Source of the DNA: Alphaproteobacteria bacterium
Lineage (GTDB): Bacteria; Pseudomonadota; Alphaproteobacteria; UBA828
Direction of reading: 5' to 3'
Length of the DNA: 64,000 bases
Assembly (NCBI GenBank): GCA_965214705.1
Contig: OZ243972.1
Coordinates: 928,001-992,000 of the forward strand
The notes beneath the pieces were generated by a model. It had not been told where the DNA came from, did no database searches, and was given only the letters and a program-made list of their open reading frames with translations. Of the stretch, positions 31,561 to 44,302 are shown in pieces. The stretch's first letter is position 1; the number at the start of each line of letters is the position of its first letter. The translations under genes were made by a program, and so were the position numbers.

Positions 31561-31869
31561 ATGCCCTTTACCCTCGCCGCCACGCTCAGGATCAAGAAGA
31601 GGCACGTCGCCGAGTTCACCCGGCTGGTGAAGCGCCACGCCAACAACACCGTGACCAAGGAGCCGGGCTGCATCAGCTTCGAAGTGAGCGTCGACCGCGA
31701 CGACCCGCGCCGCTTCATTTTCTACGAGGTCTACGTCGAGGAGGCCGATTTCGACGCCCATTGTGAGACGCCTTGGCTCAAGCGTCAGATGGAGCGGACG
31801 GCCCATATGATCGATGGTGAGGTGGAGATGGTGGGCTTCGGCCACCGCATCGCCGCGCCCAACAAGTAA
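31561..31869 (+). CDS. Antibiotic biosynthesis monooxygenase (ABM/LsrG-like) family protein
   Basis: EPGCISFEV, FIFYEVY, FDAHCETP; GGAGG Shine-Dalgarno. Confidence 0.8.
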   Translation: MPFTLAATLRIKKRHVAEFTRLVKRHANNTVTKEPGCISFEVSVDRDDPRRFIFYEVYVEEADFDAHCETPWLKRQMERTAHMIDGEVEMVGFGHRIAAPNK

Positions 31870-31908
31870 CGTCCCGCCCACTGCCGGCTGCAAGGCGCCG
31901 GCCGGGCC

Positions 31909-33906
<1,998 letters not shown>

Positions 33907-33922
33907 CGCCGCCTCTCGTCCT

Positions 33923-35455
33923 CTACAACGGGATGTTCCCGTGCTTCTTCCACGGGTTCTCCAGCCGCTTGGTGCGCAGAGTCTCGAAGGCTCGTGCGAC
34001 GCGGGCGCGGGTCTCCTGCGGGCGAATCACATCGTCGATGAAGCCACGGCTTGCGGCGACGAAGGGGTTGGCGAAGGTGCGGCGGTATTCCTCCGTCTTG
34101 GCCTCGACGGCAGCGGGGTCGTCAAGCGAGCCGCGGAAGATGATCTCCACCGCGCCTTGGGGACCCATGACCGCGATCTCCGCCGTGGGCCACGCGTAGT
34201 TGAGGTCGCCACGCAGGTGTTTCGACGCCATCACGTCATAGGCGCCACCATAGGCCTTGCGCGTGATCACCGTGACCTTGGGCACCGTCGCCTCGGCGTA
34301 GGCGTAGAGCAGCTTCGAGCCGTGGGTGATGATGCCGCCGTATTCCTGGTCTGTGCCAGGCAGAAATCCCGGCACGTCGACGAAGGTAAGCAGTGGGATG
34401 TTGAAACAATCGCAGAAGCGGACGAAGCGCCCCGCCTTGCGCGACGATGCGATGTCGAGGCAGCCGGCGAGCACGGTCGGCTGGTTTGCGACGATGCCGA
34501 TGGTGCTGCCCGCGATGCGGCCGAAGCCGGTGATGATGTTCTGCGCGTATGCCGGCTTCAGCTCGAAGAAGTCGCCCTCGTCGACCACCTTCGCGATCAG
34601 TTCCTTCATGTCGTAAGGCTGGTTGGGATTAGCCGGAACCAGCCTGTCGAGGGAGGGTTCCACGCGGGTCACGGGGTCGCTGGTGGGCCAGGACGGCGGC
34701 TGCTCGCGATTGTTGGCAGGCAGGAAGTCGATGAAGCGCCGGGTCTCGGCCAGCGCCTCGACATCGTTGTCGAAGGACTGGTCGGCGACGCCGGAGCGGC
34801 CGGTGTGGGTGCCCGCGCCGCCCAGTTCCTCGTGGGTCACCACCTCGTGGGTGACGGTCTTCACCACGTCCGGCCCGGTCACGAACATGTAGGCACTGTC
34901 CGCGACCATGAAGATCGCGTCGGTCATGGCGGGCGAGTAAACCGCGCCGCCGGCACACGGCCCCATGACGACCGAGACCTGGGGCACCACGCCGGAGGCC
35001 AGGACGTTGCGCTGGAACACCTCGGCGTAGCCCGCGAGCGAAGCCACGCCCTCGTGGATGCGCGCGCCGCCGGAATCGTTGAGCCCGACCACTGGCGCGC
35101 CCACCCGCATGGCGTGGTCCATGATCTTGCAGATCTTCTCCGCATGCGCTTCGCTCAGCGAGCCGCCGAAAACGGTGAAGTCCTGACTGAAGACGAAGAC
35201 GAGCCGTCCGTTGATCGTGCCGCGTCCCGTGACGACGCCATCGCCTGGCACGCGCTGATCGGCCATGCCGAAGTCCGAGCTGCGGTGCTCGACGAACATG
35301 TCGAATTCCTCGAACGAGCCGTCGTCGAGTAGCAGCTCCAGACGTTCGCGGGCGGTGAGCTTGCCCTTGGCGTGCTGTCGCTCGATCCGCGCCTCGCCGC
35401 CGCCCAACCGGGCGCGGGCGCGGCGCTCCTCAAGCGTGCGCAGGATGTCGTCCAT
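33923..35455 (-). CDS. pccB: Propionyl-CoA carboxylase beta (carboxyltransferase)
   Basis: [47 protein letters not shown]. Confidence 0.92.
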   Translation of the reverse strand: MDDILRTLEERRARARLGGGEARIERQHAKGKLTARERLELLLDDGSFEEFDMFVEHRSSDFGMADQRVPGDGVVTGRGTINGRLVFVFSQDFTVFGGSLSEAHAEKICKIMDHAMRVGAPVVGLNDSGGARIHEGVASLAGYAEVFQRNVLASGVVPQVSVVMGPCAGGAVYSPAMTDAIFMVADSAYMFVTGPDVVKTVTHEVVTHEELGGAGTHTGRSGVADQSFDNDVEALAETRRFIDFLPANNREQPPSWPTSDPVTRVEPSLDRLVPANPNQPYDMKELIAKVVDEGDFFELKPAYAQNIITGFGRIAGSTIGIVANQPTVLAGCLDIASSRKAGRFVRFCDCFNIPLLTFVDVPGFLPGTDQEYGGIITHGSKLLYAYAEATVPKVTVITRKAYGGAYDVMASKHLRGDLNYAWPTAEIAVMGPQGAVEIIFRGSLDDPAAVEAKTEEYRRTFANPFVAASRGFIDDVIRPQETRARVARAFETLRTKRLENPWKKHGNIPL

Positions 35456-35565
35456 CGCCTCCCTTTTCGGTGCCGCGCGGGATTATGCGTCCGCGTCAGC
35501 CTCCGCCTCTTAGCACGAAACGGTCCGACCCGGCGACCGGACGGCGCGAGCGGACGCCGAGCCGG

Positions 35566-36768
35566 TCAGTTGCGCACGATGTTGTGCGCCGGTCCGTAGG
35601 GGAACCCGGTGATGTCCTCGGCACCGTCCTCGGTCACCACTAGGATGTCGTGCTCGCGGTAGCCGCCGGCGCCGGGCTCGCCCTCCGGAATCATGATCAT
35701 CGGCTCCATGGACACCACCATGTTGGGCTCCAGAACGGTCGGCACGTCTTCGCGCAGCTCCAGGCCCGCCTCGCGGCCGTGGTAGTGGCAGAGCACGCCG
35801 AAGCTGTGGCCATAGCCGAATGTGCGGTTCGGGAGCAGGTCGTAGCGCTCGTAGATCGTGTTGAGTTCAGCGGCGATGTCGCAGCAGCGCACGCCGGGCT
35901 TGATGAGCGCGATTCCCGCCTCGTGCACGTCGACGTTGATGTTCCAGAGCCGCATGTGCGCGTCCGAGCACTCCTCGGCGAAGAGCGTTCGCTCCAGCGC
36001 CGTGTAATAGCCCGCCGGCATGGGGAAGCAGTTGAGGCTTAGGATGTCGCCGCGCTCGATCCGGCGCGAGGTCACTGGGTTGTGGGCACCGTCGGTGTTG
36101 ATACCGGACTGGAACCAGGTCCAGGTGTCCATCAGTTCCACGTGGGGCTGGCGTTGGCCGATCTCGCGCACCATGGCCTGGGTCGCGTGGAGCGCCACCT
36201 CGTACTCCGGCACGCCGACGGCGATCGCCTCCACGCAGGCGGCGCCGCCGATGTCAGCGATGCGCGCGCTCTCGCGAATCCAGGCAATCTCCTCGTCGGA
36301 CTTCACCATGCGCATACGCATGGTGGGCTTGCTCACGTCGATCAGCTCCGCTGTGGGCAGGGCACCTTGCAGCTTGCGCAGGTTTTCGACGCTGATGTGG
36401 TCGAACTCGATGCCGACACGCCAGCCATCCTGAATCAGCTGCTTAGCGGCGACGAAGTAGTTGTCCCGGTGCCAGTCGGTATAGACCAGATTGTCGCCAA
36501 AGGTGCGCCGCCAGGGCTGCCCGGCGTCGATGTTGGCCGAGATCGTGGTCTGGCTCTCCTGCGTGACCACCAGGCCGTAGTTTCGGCCGAAGGAGCAGTA
36601 GAGGAAGTCGCTGAAGTAGTTGATGTTGTGATACGAGGTGAACAGGCAGGCATCGATCTGCTTTTCTGCCATATGGGCGCGCAAGGCCGAGAGCCGGCGG
36701 TTCATCTCGTTTGGGGAGAATGTCGGCCTGACCTTCTCGCCGTTTTGGATCCTTTTCAGTTGCTCCAT
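35566..36768 (-). CDS. creA: Creatinase (creatine amidinohydrolase, M24 fold)
   Basis: NGEKVRPTFS, YCSFGR, WFQSGINTDGAHNPVT, GYGHSFG, GGYREHDILV, FPYGPAHNI. Confidence 0.88.
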   Translation of the reverse strand: MEQLKRIQNGEKVRPTFSPNEMNRRLSALRAHMAEKQIDACLFTSYHNINYFSDFLYCSFGRNYGLVVTQESQTTISANIDAGQPWRRTFGDNLVYTDWHRDNYFVAAKQLIQDGWRVGIEFDHISVENLRKLQGALPTAELIDVSKPTMRMRMVKSDEEIAWIRESARIADIGGAACVEAIAVGVPEYEVALHATQAMVREIGQRQPHVELMDTWTWFQSGINTDGAHNPVTSRRIERGDILSLNCFPMPAGYYTALERTLFAEECSDAHMRLWNINVDVHEAGIALIKPGVRCCDIAAELNTIYERYDLLPNRTFGYGHSFGVLCHYHGREAGLELREDVPTVLEPNMVVSMEPMIMIPEGEPGAGGYREHDILVVTEDGAEDITGFPYGPAHNIVRN

Positions 36769-37112
36769 CGTCCTCACCTTGAACGTTGATAATGATCGTG
36801 CTGCGAGGCAGGCGACACCGTCAATGTTGCAGCACGCGCTGCGGCATGCAGACCGTAATTCTCAATACGGACGCAGGTTGCGCAAGGCTAGGCTGTGCCA
36901 TCGTCGAGTCGTGACTTGCGCGTCGGTGTGTGTCTGTGCGTGCCCGCGCAGATGGCGCCAACCGCCTATACGAGGCCAAAGCCACACCGCCATTCTTCGC
37001 CGGAATGCGAATTTTTCCTGAGAATTGGTCAATCCAATTGAAGACTTTTGCCAACAGAGATGATATGGTCGCGAGACACGGTTCGTAACTTACAACCACA
37101 GAAGGCAAGTCG

Positions 37113-37394
37113 ATGGCTCAGAACTCTTCCTCCCGGATTGACGAGAGCGCCCTGACCAAGGGACAGCGCCGCAAACTCAATGCGCTCAGAAAATCCGTCG
37201 GCGACGAGGTCGGGGAGCGCGCGTTTGCCGAATGGCTCGCGACACGACCGGTGGCAAAGTCCGACGAGAATGCTACGTTGATCGTCGATACGCTCTGGCC
37301 GCTCGTCCAACAGGGTAAGTTGGCAATCCCGAGGGGCGGCTATTTGCTCAGACGGGGTCGCGGCCGGATCATCGTGGAGCCGGCCAAGCAGTAA
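37113..37394 (+). CDS. Small basic hypothetical protein (93 aa)
   Basis: GAAGG Shine-Dalgarno then ATG; plausible helical protein (LTKGQRRKLNALRKSVGDEVGERAFAEWL); no overlap with known genes. Confidence 0.7.
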   Translation: MAQNSSSRIDESALTKGQRRKLNALRKSVGDEVGERAFAEWLATRPVAKSDENATLIVDTLWPLVQQGKLAIPRGGYLLRRGRGRIIVEPAKQ

Positions 37395-37920
37395 CTCGTC
37401 TGCGCAATAGTCAGTCTACGTAATATGGAGCGGTCCCGGATCACATGGGACCGTTCCTGACCTCCTGAAATTGGCGTGCGCCGTGCGATAGTGCCGAGTG
37501 CCGATTGGCCCGGAATGCTCACCACTGTCGCGGCCTGTATCGCACAGATCATAAGATTGGTGAGAATTCCGGGCTACCCTCTACGCTAATCTTGCAGAAG
37601 AGCCGTCGCGCGCCCTTCTCCGAACGTCCAAATGGAATTTGATATAGCGGATGCGTAAGCAAGAAATCGATCGCGGCGTAACAGGATTACCGATCCTGCG
37701 ATACCTATAGCGGAAGTACCATTACCGCCCGGTGAGTCAGGCTGGTGACGAGCGCAGGCGGCACGCTCAATATTTCGTGATAAGAGACACCCACGCCAAA
37801 GATGTTGCCGATGGGTTCGCTCAATTGGCAGGGTTCGGGTATTGCCACTTGACTGATTACGAAAAATACAGCGGAAACCTTAGGGTATGTCACCGCCCAG
37901 CGACAGGTCAGTTACCCTAG

Positions 37921-39531
37921 CCCGACCTATTCTTGGAGAGCCTTGCAGTTGAGTTTCGGTTGATGAATCGCGTCGGGGCCGGACGCCGTGTGGCGCCGGG
38001 ATTTGGACTTTGTCGTTGCGGGGTTGGGGTGGAAGTGAGTTGGGTTTTCGGGGCACGCCGCCCCGTCGCTCAGGGGCCTGCTGCGGCGAGACGGCCTGCG
38101 AGCAGGCGGAAGAGAGCGGCATCCGGGCAGGCCGAGGTGAAGTGGATGCGGACGCGGGTGGCCTTTTCGACGACGCGGGTGCCGATCTTGAGGAGGCGCA
38201 GCCTGAGGGTTGCAAACTCTGCACGGGCGAGCGGCGCCGTGCGGGGAATGGCGTCGCGCAGCGCGAGCATCATCCAGTAGGCTGCGGTGTGCAGCACCAG
38301 CCTGAGCTGGTTGGCGATCGGGCTCTGACAGGAGGTGCGGTCCGAGGCGAGCTGGCCCTTGTGCATCTTGATCAGGTTTTCGGCCTGGCCTCGGGCGCAG
38401 TAGATGTCTTCGTAGAGATGGCGAGGCTCGCCCTTGAGCGAGGTGACGATATAGCGGGCATCGAAGCCGCGCGTACTCGCCTCGAGCCGGGCAACGACCC
38501 GGCGTTCGCGGCTCCAGGAGCGTGCAGCGTAGGCGAAGTCCGCGAAGCTGCGCATTCTGTCTGCGCCGGCCTCGGCCCGGCGCACCTTGAGATCGTCGGC
38601 CACCTCGTAGGCGAGCGCGTGCAGCGCGCGATTGCCGGCGAGGCCGAAGATGTAGTCGACGCCGTTCTCCTCGCACCAGGCCATGGCTTGCGGGCGGCCG
38701 TAGTGGCTGTCTCCCCGGAAGACGATCCGGGTGTGGGGCCAGTGGCGGCGGATGCGGCCGACCAGATGCTTGATGAGGGTGCGGACCTCGGGCCCCGACG
38801 GCGTCTTGCCCGGGCGCAGGAGAACCGCCACCGGCTTGCCGCTCTCGACATGATAGACGTGGACGGGGAGGAAGCAGCGCGTGTCGTAGTGGGCGTGGAA
38901 CAGCGAGAGCTGCTGGTGACCGTGCACGGCATCGCAGGTGTCGTCGATATCCAGCGTGATGGCGGCGGGAGGGGCTGAGAAGGAGCGGCAGAAGAGATCG
39001 ACCAGGGCGGCCGTCATGCGCGCCACCTCGATGCGAGACGGCGCGTTCTCCAGGCGGCTCATGGTCGGCTGGGAACACAGATCGCGGCCGCTCTCCGGCG
39101 CCTTTCCTGAGGCCAGCTTGAACAGAGGGTCCGCGCGCAGCGTGTCGCAGTCGTCGGCATCCTCGTAACCGCAGGCGATGGCCAGCATGCGAAAGCGCAG
39201 CATGGCCGAGAGCGAGTGGATCACCTGCGCCTGATTGCGCCGGTCCCGGATACAGCCCGCCAGGGTCTCGGCGAGACGCAAGCGGCGTTCCGCTTCGCGC
39301 AGCAGGACGAGGCCGCCGTCCGACGAGATCAGGCCGCCGTCGAAGGCGGCGCTCACCTTCTTGCGCGCGACGGCTGGAAGATCGAAGGGGAGAAGGCTAT
39401 CGTCGGTCATGGCGGGCGTGGCGTGGCGTTGCTCGGAGAGGAAGACGCTCGGACAACGAATTCCTACCCGATGGCAACGGCTTACGCTACGTCCGCCACC
39501 CCAAAATCAGACCCGCTACGAATAATCCGGG
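37921..39531 (-). mobile_element. IS1380-family insertion sequence, 1611 bp
   Basis: Imperfect terminal IRs CCCGACCTATTC (37921-37932) and GAATAATCCGGG (39520-39531), flanked by CTAG on both sides (37917-37920, 39532-39535); one transposase. Confidence 0.88.
38070..39410 (-). CDS. IS1380-family DDE transposase
   Basis: FDGGLISSDGG, GYEDADD, SQPTMSRLEN, TLDIDDT, RGDSHY, YCARGQAENLIK. Confidence 0.92.
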   Translation of the reverse strand: MTDDSLLPFDLPAVARKKVSAAFDGGLISSDGGLVLLREAERRLRLAETLAGCIRDRRNQAQVIHSLSAMLRFRMLAIACGYEDADDCDTLRADPLFKLASGKAPESGRDLCSQPTMSRLENAPSRIEVARMTAALVDLFCRSFSAPPAAITLDIDDTCDAVHGHQQLSLFHAHYDTRCFLPVHVYHVESGKPVAVLLRPGKTPSGPEVRTLIKHLVGRIRRHWPHTRIVFRGDSHYGRPQAMAWCEENGVDYIFGLAGNRALHALAYEVADDLKVRRAEAGADRMRSFADFAYAARSWSRERRVVARLEASTRGFDARYIVTSLKGEPRHLYEDIYCARGQAENLIKMHKGQLASDRTSCQSPIANQLRLVLHTAAYWMMLALRDAIPRTAPLARAEFATLRLRLLKIGTRVVEKATRVRIHFTSACPDAALFRLLAGRLAAAGP

Positions 39532-39909
39532 CTAGCAGCCGCCTCAACTATTTGAACTACTTCCCAAGAACAACGTCACGATGGAGAGTTGTCTCGCAAT
39601 AGACCGAACATTGTGGGAGGACCACTACGATATAGATTGCGACATGGGATAAGGGACTCATCGTTCGACAATCTGGTCGCATCCCTGTTTATGCGGGCAT
39701 CGTGCTCATCGTTGAGCCGAAATGGGTGCCCCTTCGATGCTGGCTTGTGGCGCCTCGGGAGCCAACAGGGCTTCAAGAGGAGGTAAAAGCAGTCACGACC
39801 GCTGCAGCGCTATTGGTGCACTACCTGGGAGCCGCGCTATTCTCTCGCGTACTCGATGGGGCCGCGAGACGCGCGTCAGCAGGGAGACCGCGGCCGCAAG
39901 GAGACAACG

Positions 39910-41175
39910 ATGCTCTCGATTCAGAAGGTGATACGGTCCGTCGTCGTGGGCGCGATGCTCGCGCGGGAACGCTGGCAGAGCGGCGTCGCGTACAACCCGC
40001 TGTCGAGGCAGACCGCGCAAGACCCCTATCCTGTCTATGCGGCGCTGCGCGACCGCGACCCGGTGCACCGCAGCGCCTTGATGAACGCGTGGATGTTCAC
40101 CCGGCACGCAGATATTGACACGATCCTTCGTGACCACCGGCGTTTCAGCAACGACCCGCGCAAAGGCACCCTCTCTAGCCGGCAACGCGCCGGCCTGCCG
40201 GCAGACGAGGAATTCACCATGCTGTTCCTCGACCCGCCGGACCACAAGCGGCTCAGGGCGCTGGTCAACAAGGCCTTCACGCCCAAGGCGGTGAACGCGC
40301 TCGAACCTCACATCCGCAGCCTGCTCGGCACCTTGCTGGACGACATCGACGACCCCGCCGGCTTCGACCTCATGCAGGCGGTGGCCCAGCCGCTGCCCGT
40401 GATCGTGATCGCCGAGATGCTCGGCGTGCCGCCGGAGGACCGGGCGCAGTTCAAAATCTGGTCGGACCAGCGCGCGCGCACGCTGGAGCCGTCGATCGAT
40501 GCGCGAGAACGCGCACTTGCCGAAGCGGCCAACAAGTCGCTCAACAGTTATTTCCGGCCGATCATTGAGGAGCGGCGCGCGGCACCCCAGGACGATATCG
40601 TGAGCGCGCTCGCGCAGGCGGAAGAAGAAGGCGACCGCCTCACCGAGCTTGAGATGCTGAACATGCTGCGCCTGCTGCTGATTGCCGGTAACGAAACCAC
40701 CACCAACCTGATCGGCAACGGCGTGCTAGCGCTGCTGCGCAATCCTGATCAGATGCAGCGGCTCAGGGATGACCCGAGCTTGATTCCGTCGGCGGTAGAC
40801 GAGCTGCTGCGCTTCGATTCTCCGGTGCAGACGGATTTCCGCCGCGCGCTCGAGGACTGCGAAGTAAACGGCTTTCCCCTGAAAAAGCGCGACAACATCG
40901 TCCTGCTGCTGGGCGCAGCCAACCGGGACCCCGACGTGTTCGACGATCCCGACCGGCTCGATGTCGGCCGTGGCGACCGCTCACACCTGTCGTTCGGGCG
41001 CGGCATCCACCACTGCATCGGCGCCCCGCTCGCGCGCTTGGAAGGGCGGGTTGTCCTCGAGATGCTGCTGGAGCGCTTTTCCCAGATCAGCCTGAGCGGC
41101 GAGCAGCCACGGTTCCGCAACAGCATCGTGCTGCGCGGCCTGGAATCCCTGCCTGTCCGCTGCGTCAAGGCTTGA
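39910..41175 (+). CDS. Cytochrome P450
   Basis: AGNETT I-helix, ELLR (ExxR), heme motif FGRGIHHCIG; GGAG SD before ATG 39910. Confidence 0.94.
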   Translation: MLSIQKVIRSVVVGAMLARERWQSGVAYNPLSRQTAQDPYPVYAALRDRDPVHRSALMNAWMFTRHADIDTILRDHRRFSNDPRKGTLSSRQRAGLPADEEFTMLFLDPPDHKRLRALVNKAFTPKAVNALEPHIRSLLGTLLDDIDDPAGFDLMQAVAQPLPVIVIAEMLGVPPEDRAQFKIWSDQRARTLEPSIDARERALAEAANKSLNSYFRPIIEERRAAPQDDIVSALAQAEEEGDRLTELEMLNMLRLLLIAGNETTTNLIGNGVLALLRNPDQMQRLRDDPSLIPSAVDELLRFDSPVQTDFRRALEDCEVNGFPLKKRDNIVLLLGAANRDPDVFDDPDRLDVGRGDRSHLSFGRGIHHCIGAPLARLEGRVVLEMLLERFSQISLSGEQPRFRNSIVLRGLESLPVRCVKA

Positions 41176-41245
41176 GACAAGATTACGATACGTGACGCCG
41201 GAGTTCGGCTAACTCCGAACCGCGGCAAACCGGAAGGACCACACA

Positions 41246-41944
41246 ATGCTCGACACCCCGCCGGCGCTGACCATCCGTCGCACTTTTCAGCGGCCGCACC
41301 GCGACGCTATCGCCAAGTTGGAGGGCGCGCTGACCGGCCAGGTGGCCGACGCCCTTGGCGGGCTCGGCGCGCTGGACGCGGCGATCAAGCCGATCGCGGG
41401 CGCGCCGCCTTCCATGCAGAGCTTCGTAGGCCCGGCCTTCCCTTGCATGAACAGCCCGGCGGACCAGCTCGCCCTGGTCGGCGCTCTCGCCTATGCAGAG
41501 CCCGGCGATGTGCTCGTGGTGGGCACCGAGGGCTATCTCGGCACCGCCGTGATCGGCGACCTGATGGCGGGCATGCTGCTCAACAGCGGCGCCGCTGCGC
41601 TGGTCACCGACGGCGCGGTGCGAGATACGCCGGGCATCATCGGGGTGGGCCTGCCAGTCTATTGCGCGGGCATCAGTCCCAACTCGCCGCAACGGAACGG
41701 CCCCGGCACGGTGGGCCTCGCCATCAGTATCGGCGGGGTCACCGTGAATCCGGGCGACGTCGTGGTGGGTGACGGGGATGGCGTCGTCGTCGTGCCCCAG
41801 GATGCACTCGACGCCGTCATCGGCGGAGTCGAAGAAATCCGACGCCAGGAGTCCGAGATGGAGGCCAAGGTCAAGGAGGGCCTCACCTACCCCGACTCCT
41901 GGCGCGCCTACCTGGAGCCGGGGGCCGCGCGCTTTGTCGACTGA
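41246..41944 (+). CDS. RraA / HMG aldolase family protein
   Basis: VADAL, GDLMA, TDGAVRD, VNPGDVVVGDGDGVVVVP. Confidence 0.85.
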   Translation: MLDTPPALTIRRTFQRPHRDAIAKLEGALTGQVADALGGLGALDAAIKPIAGAPPSMQSFVGPAFPCMNSPADQLALVGALAYAEPGDVLVVGTEGYLGTAVIGDLMAGMLLNSGAAALVTDGAVRDTPGIIGVGLPVYCAGISPNSPQRNGPGTVGLAISIGGVTVNPGDVVVGDGDGVVVVPQDALDAVIGGVEEIRRQESEMEAKVKEGLTYPDSWRAYLEPGAARFVD

Positions 41945-42665
41945 CCCCGGTGCCGTCCAGGAGCGGGCGGCGATTCTCGGGCGTGAGACGAAGGTTCTGA
42001 TCTTCGACCTCTACGGCACGGTCGTCGACATGCAGGCGGGGCTGACCGAGGCCGCAACCCCCTACCTCAAGGAGAAGGGCTGGGACGGCGCGCCGCACCG
42101 CTTCGTCACCTGGTGGCGACGCACCCATTTCGAGAATTCGATGATCGACTCTCTCTGCGATCGGGGCCACACCTCCTATCGCGAGATCAGCCACCGCGCG
42201 CTCTCTTACGTGATGGACCGCTGCGACTTCCCCTACACGCAGGAGGAGGTTGTTCAACTGGTGAGCCAGATCGAAACGCTCAAGCCCTTTCCCGAAGTGC
42301 CGGCCGCGCTGGAGAGGCTCAGGGCAACCGGCTACACGCTCGCCATTCTCTCCAACGGCGATCGTGACATGCTGTCGGCCGCAATGCCGCACGTCGGCAT
42401 CCCTTTCGACCATGTGATCTCGGTGCAGGAGGCCGGCGCCTTCAAGCCCCACTGGCGGACCTATGCCAAGGCCGCGGAGATCATCGGCGCCGACCGCACG
42501 GCCTGCGCGCTGGTCGCCAACCACGCCTTCGATTGCGTCGGCGCCAAGGCCTACGGTATGCGGACGGTCTTCATCGACCGTCGCAGCCGACCTTTCGGGG
42601 AGACCCCGCACGGCCCCGACCTCATCGTCGAGAACGTCACGGCGCTCGCGGCGGCGCTCGCCTGA
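41934..42665 (+). CDS. Haloacid dehalogenase type II family hydrolase
   Basis: FDLYGTVVD, WWRRT, ILSNG, FKPH, ANHAFDCVGAK; start placed at TTG 41934 overlapping the upstream stop. Confidence 0.82.
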   Translation: MSTDPGAVQERAAILGRETKVLIFDLYGTVVDMQAGLTEAATPYLKEKGWDGAPHRFVTWWRRTHFENSMIDSLCDRGHTSYREISHRALSYVMDRCDFPYTQEEVVQLVSQIETLKPFPEVPAALERLRATGYTLAILSNGDRDMLSAAMPHVGIPFDHVISVQEAGAFKPHWRTYAKAAEIIGADRTACALVANHAFDCVGAKAYGMRTVFIDRRSRPFGETPHGPDLIVENVTALAAALA

Positions 42666-42691
42666 CGCGTCGGACCCGAAGCGGCGGCGGA

Positions 42692-44302
42692 ATGCAGGCG
42701 GACTACATCGTCATCGGCTCGGGCTCTGGCGGAGCGGCGGTTGCAGCCCGCCTCGCGGAGGACCCGCGCAACCGCGTGCTACTCCTAGAAGCGGGGCCGA
42801 AGGACACCAACCCGTTCATCCACATACCCGCCGGCTTCACCCGCCTGCTTACCCACCCGACGCTCAACTGGCGGCGGCAGTCCGAGCCGGTGCCCGGCCT
42901 CGGCGGCCGGCGCATGCCCTTCCCCTCTGGCAAAGTGCTCGGCGGCTCCAGCGCGATCAACGGCATGCTCTACATCCGCGGCCAGGCCGAGGATTACGAC
43001 GCCTGGCGCGACGCCGGCAATGTGGGGTGGGGCTGGCAGGATGTGCTGCCTTACTTCCGCAAGGCCGAAGACCAGCAGCACGGGGAGAGCGAGAGCCACG
43101 GTGTCGGCGGCCCCATCGGGGTGAGCGACACACAGCCAAGCAGTCCAGCCTCCGGCCTCTTTCTGGACGCCGCGGTGCAGAGCGGCATTCCACGCCTCAA
43201 CGACCTCAACACCGGCGATCAGCACGGCATCGCGCTGGTCCAGGGTACGATCAGGAACGGCCGGCGCATGACCACCGCCGTGGGCTACCTGCGGCCGGCG
43301 GCGACGCGGGAGAACCTGCGCATCGTGACCGAGGCGCTGGTGGACCGCATCGTCGTGGAGGAGGGCGTCGCCACTGGCATCGTCTATACCGACAAGTCCG
43401 GCGGCACCGTCACCGTGCGTGCGGAGCGCGAGGTCGTGCTCTGTGCGGGCGCCGTGGCCTCGCCCCAGATTCTGCTGCAATCGGGGATCGGCGAAGCGAA
43501 CCAGCTCAAGGCGCTCGGTATCGCACCGGTCCACCACCTGCCGGGTGTGGGCGAGAACCTCCATGACCATCTCTTCGTCTTCGTGCAACCGCGGCTGAAG
43601 AAAGGGGTTCCGACGCTCAACCGTCTGCTACGCAGCCGCCCGCGGCTCGCGGCGGAGGTACTGCGTTACGGCCTCTTTCGTACCGGCGCACTGTCGCTCA
43701 CCTCTTGCGAGGTCTGCGGCTTTCTCGATTCCACGGAACGCGGCGGCCGGCCGGATATCGAGATCACCTTCCGTCCGCTCAGCTTCGACCTGCTGCCGGA
43801 CGGCGGCTGGCGCCCGCACCCCTACCCCGGCGGCACGAGCTCGGTCTGTGCCACCCGGCCCAAGAGCCGGGGGCAGGTGACGCTGGTGCAGGACGGCAAC
43901 GGCGCGCGCCGGGTGGCGATCCAGCCCAACTACCTCGCGCACGATGAGGACGTAATGAGCCTCGTGCGAGGCCTGCGCATCCTACGGCGCATCCTGGGGA
44001 CCGAGCCTATCGCCTCTTGCGTCGTCTCCGAGCAGCGGCCGGGCCCGGATGTCGAGAGCGACGAGGCGCTGAGCCAATACGTGCGCGAGACAGCGAGCAC
44101 GGTCTATCACCCGGTCGGCACCTGCAAGATGGGCAGCGATGGAATGAGCGTCGTCGACGAGCGGCTCCGGGTCCACGGCATCGCGGGCCTCCGCGTCGCC
44201 GACGCCTCAATCATGCCGGCTATCCCCTCCGGCAACACCAACGCGCCCACCATCATGATCGGCGAGAAGGCGGCCGACATGATCCGCCGCGACCACAATT
44301 AG
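42692..44302 (+). CDS. GMC family oxidoreductase
   Basis: [56 protein letters not shown]. Confidence 0.9.
   Translation: MQADYIVIGSGSGGAAVAARLAEDPRNRVLLLEAGPKDTNPFIHIPAGFTRLLTHPTLNWRRQSEPVPGLGGRRMPFPSGKVLGGSSAINGMLYIRGQAEDYDAWRDAGNVGWGWQDVLPYFRKAEDQQHGESESHGVGGPIGVSDTQPSSPASGLFLDAAVQSGIPRLNDLNTGDQHGIALVQGTIRNGRRMTTAVGYLRPAATRENLRIVTEALVDRIVVEEGVATGIVYTDKSGGTVTVRAEREVVLCAGAVASPQILLQSGIGEANQLKALGIAPVHHLPGVGENLHDHLFVFVQPRLKKGVPTLNRLLRSRPRLAAEVLRYGLFRTGALSLTSCEVCGFLDSTERGGRPDIEITFRPLSFDLLPDGGWRPHPYPGGTSSVCATRPKSRGQVTLVQDGNGARRVAIQPNYLAHDEDVMSLVRGLRILRRILGTEPIASCVVSEQRPGPDVESDEALSQYVRETASTVYHPVGTCKMGSDGMSVVDERLRVHGIAGLRVADASIMPAIPSGNTNAPTIMIGEKAADMIRRDHN

Noticed and set aside
36780-37110. Possible riboswitch upstream of creatinase
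   Set aside because: No recognisable glycine, SAM or other aptamer motif by eye; an Rfam/Infernal scan would be needed
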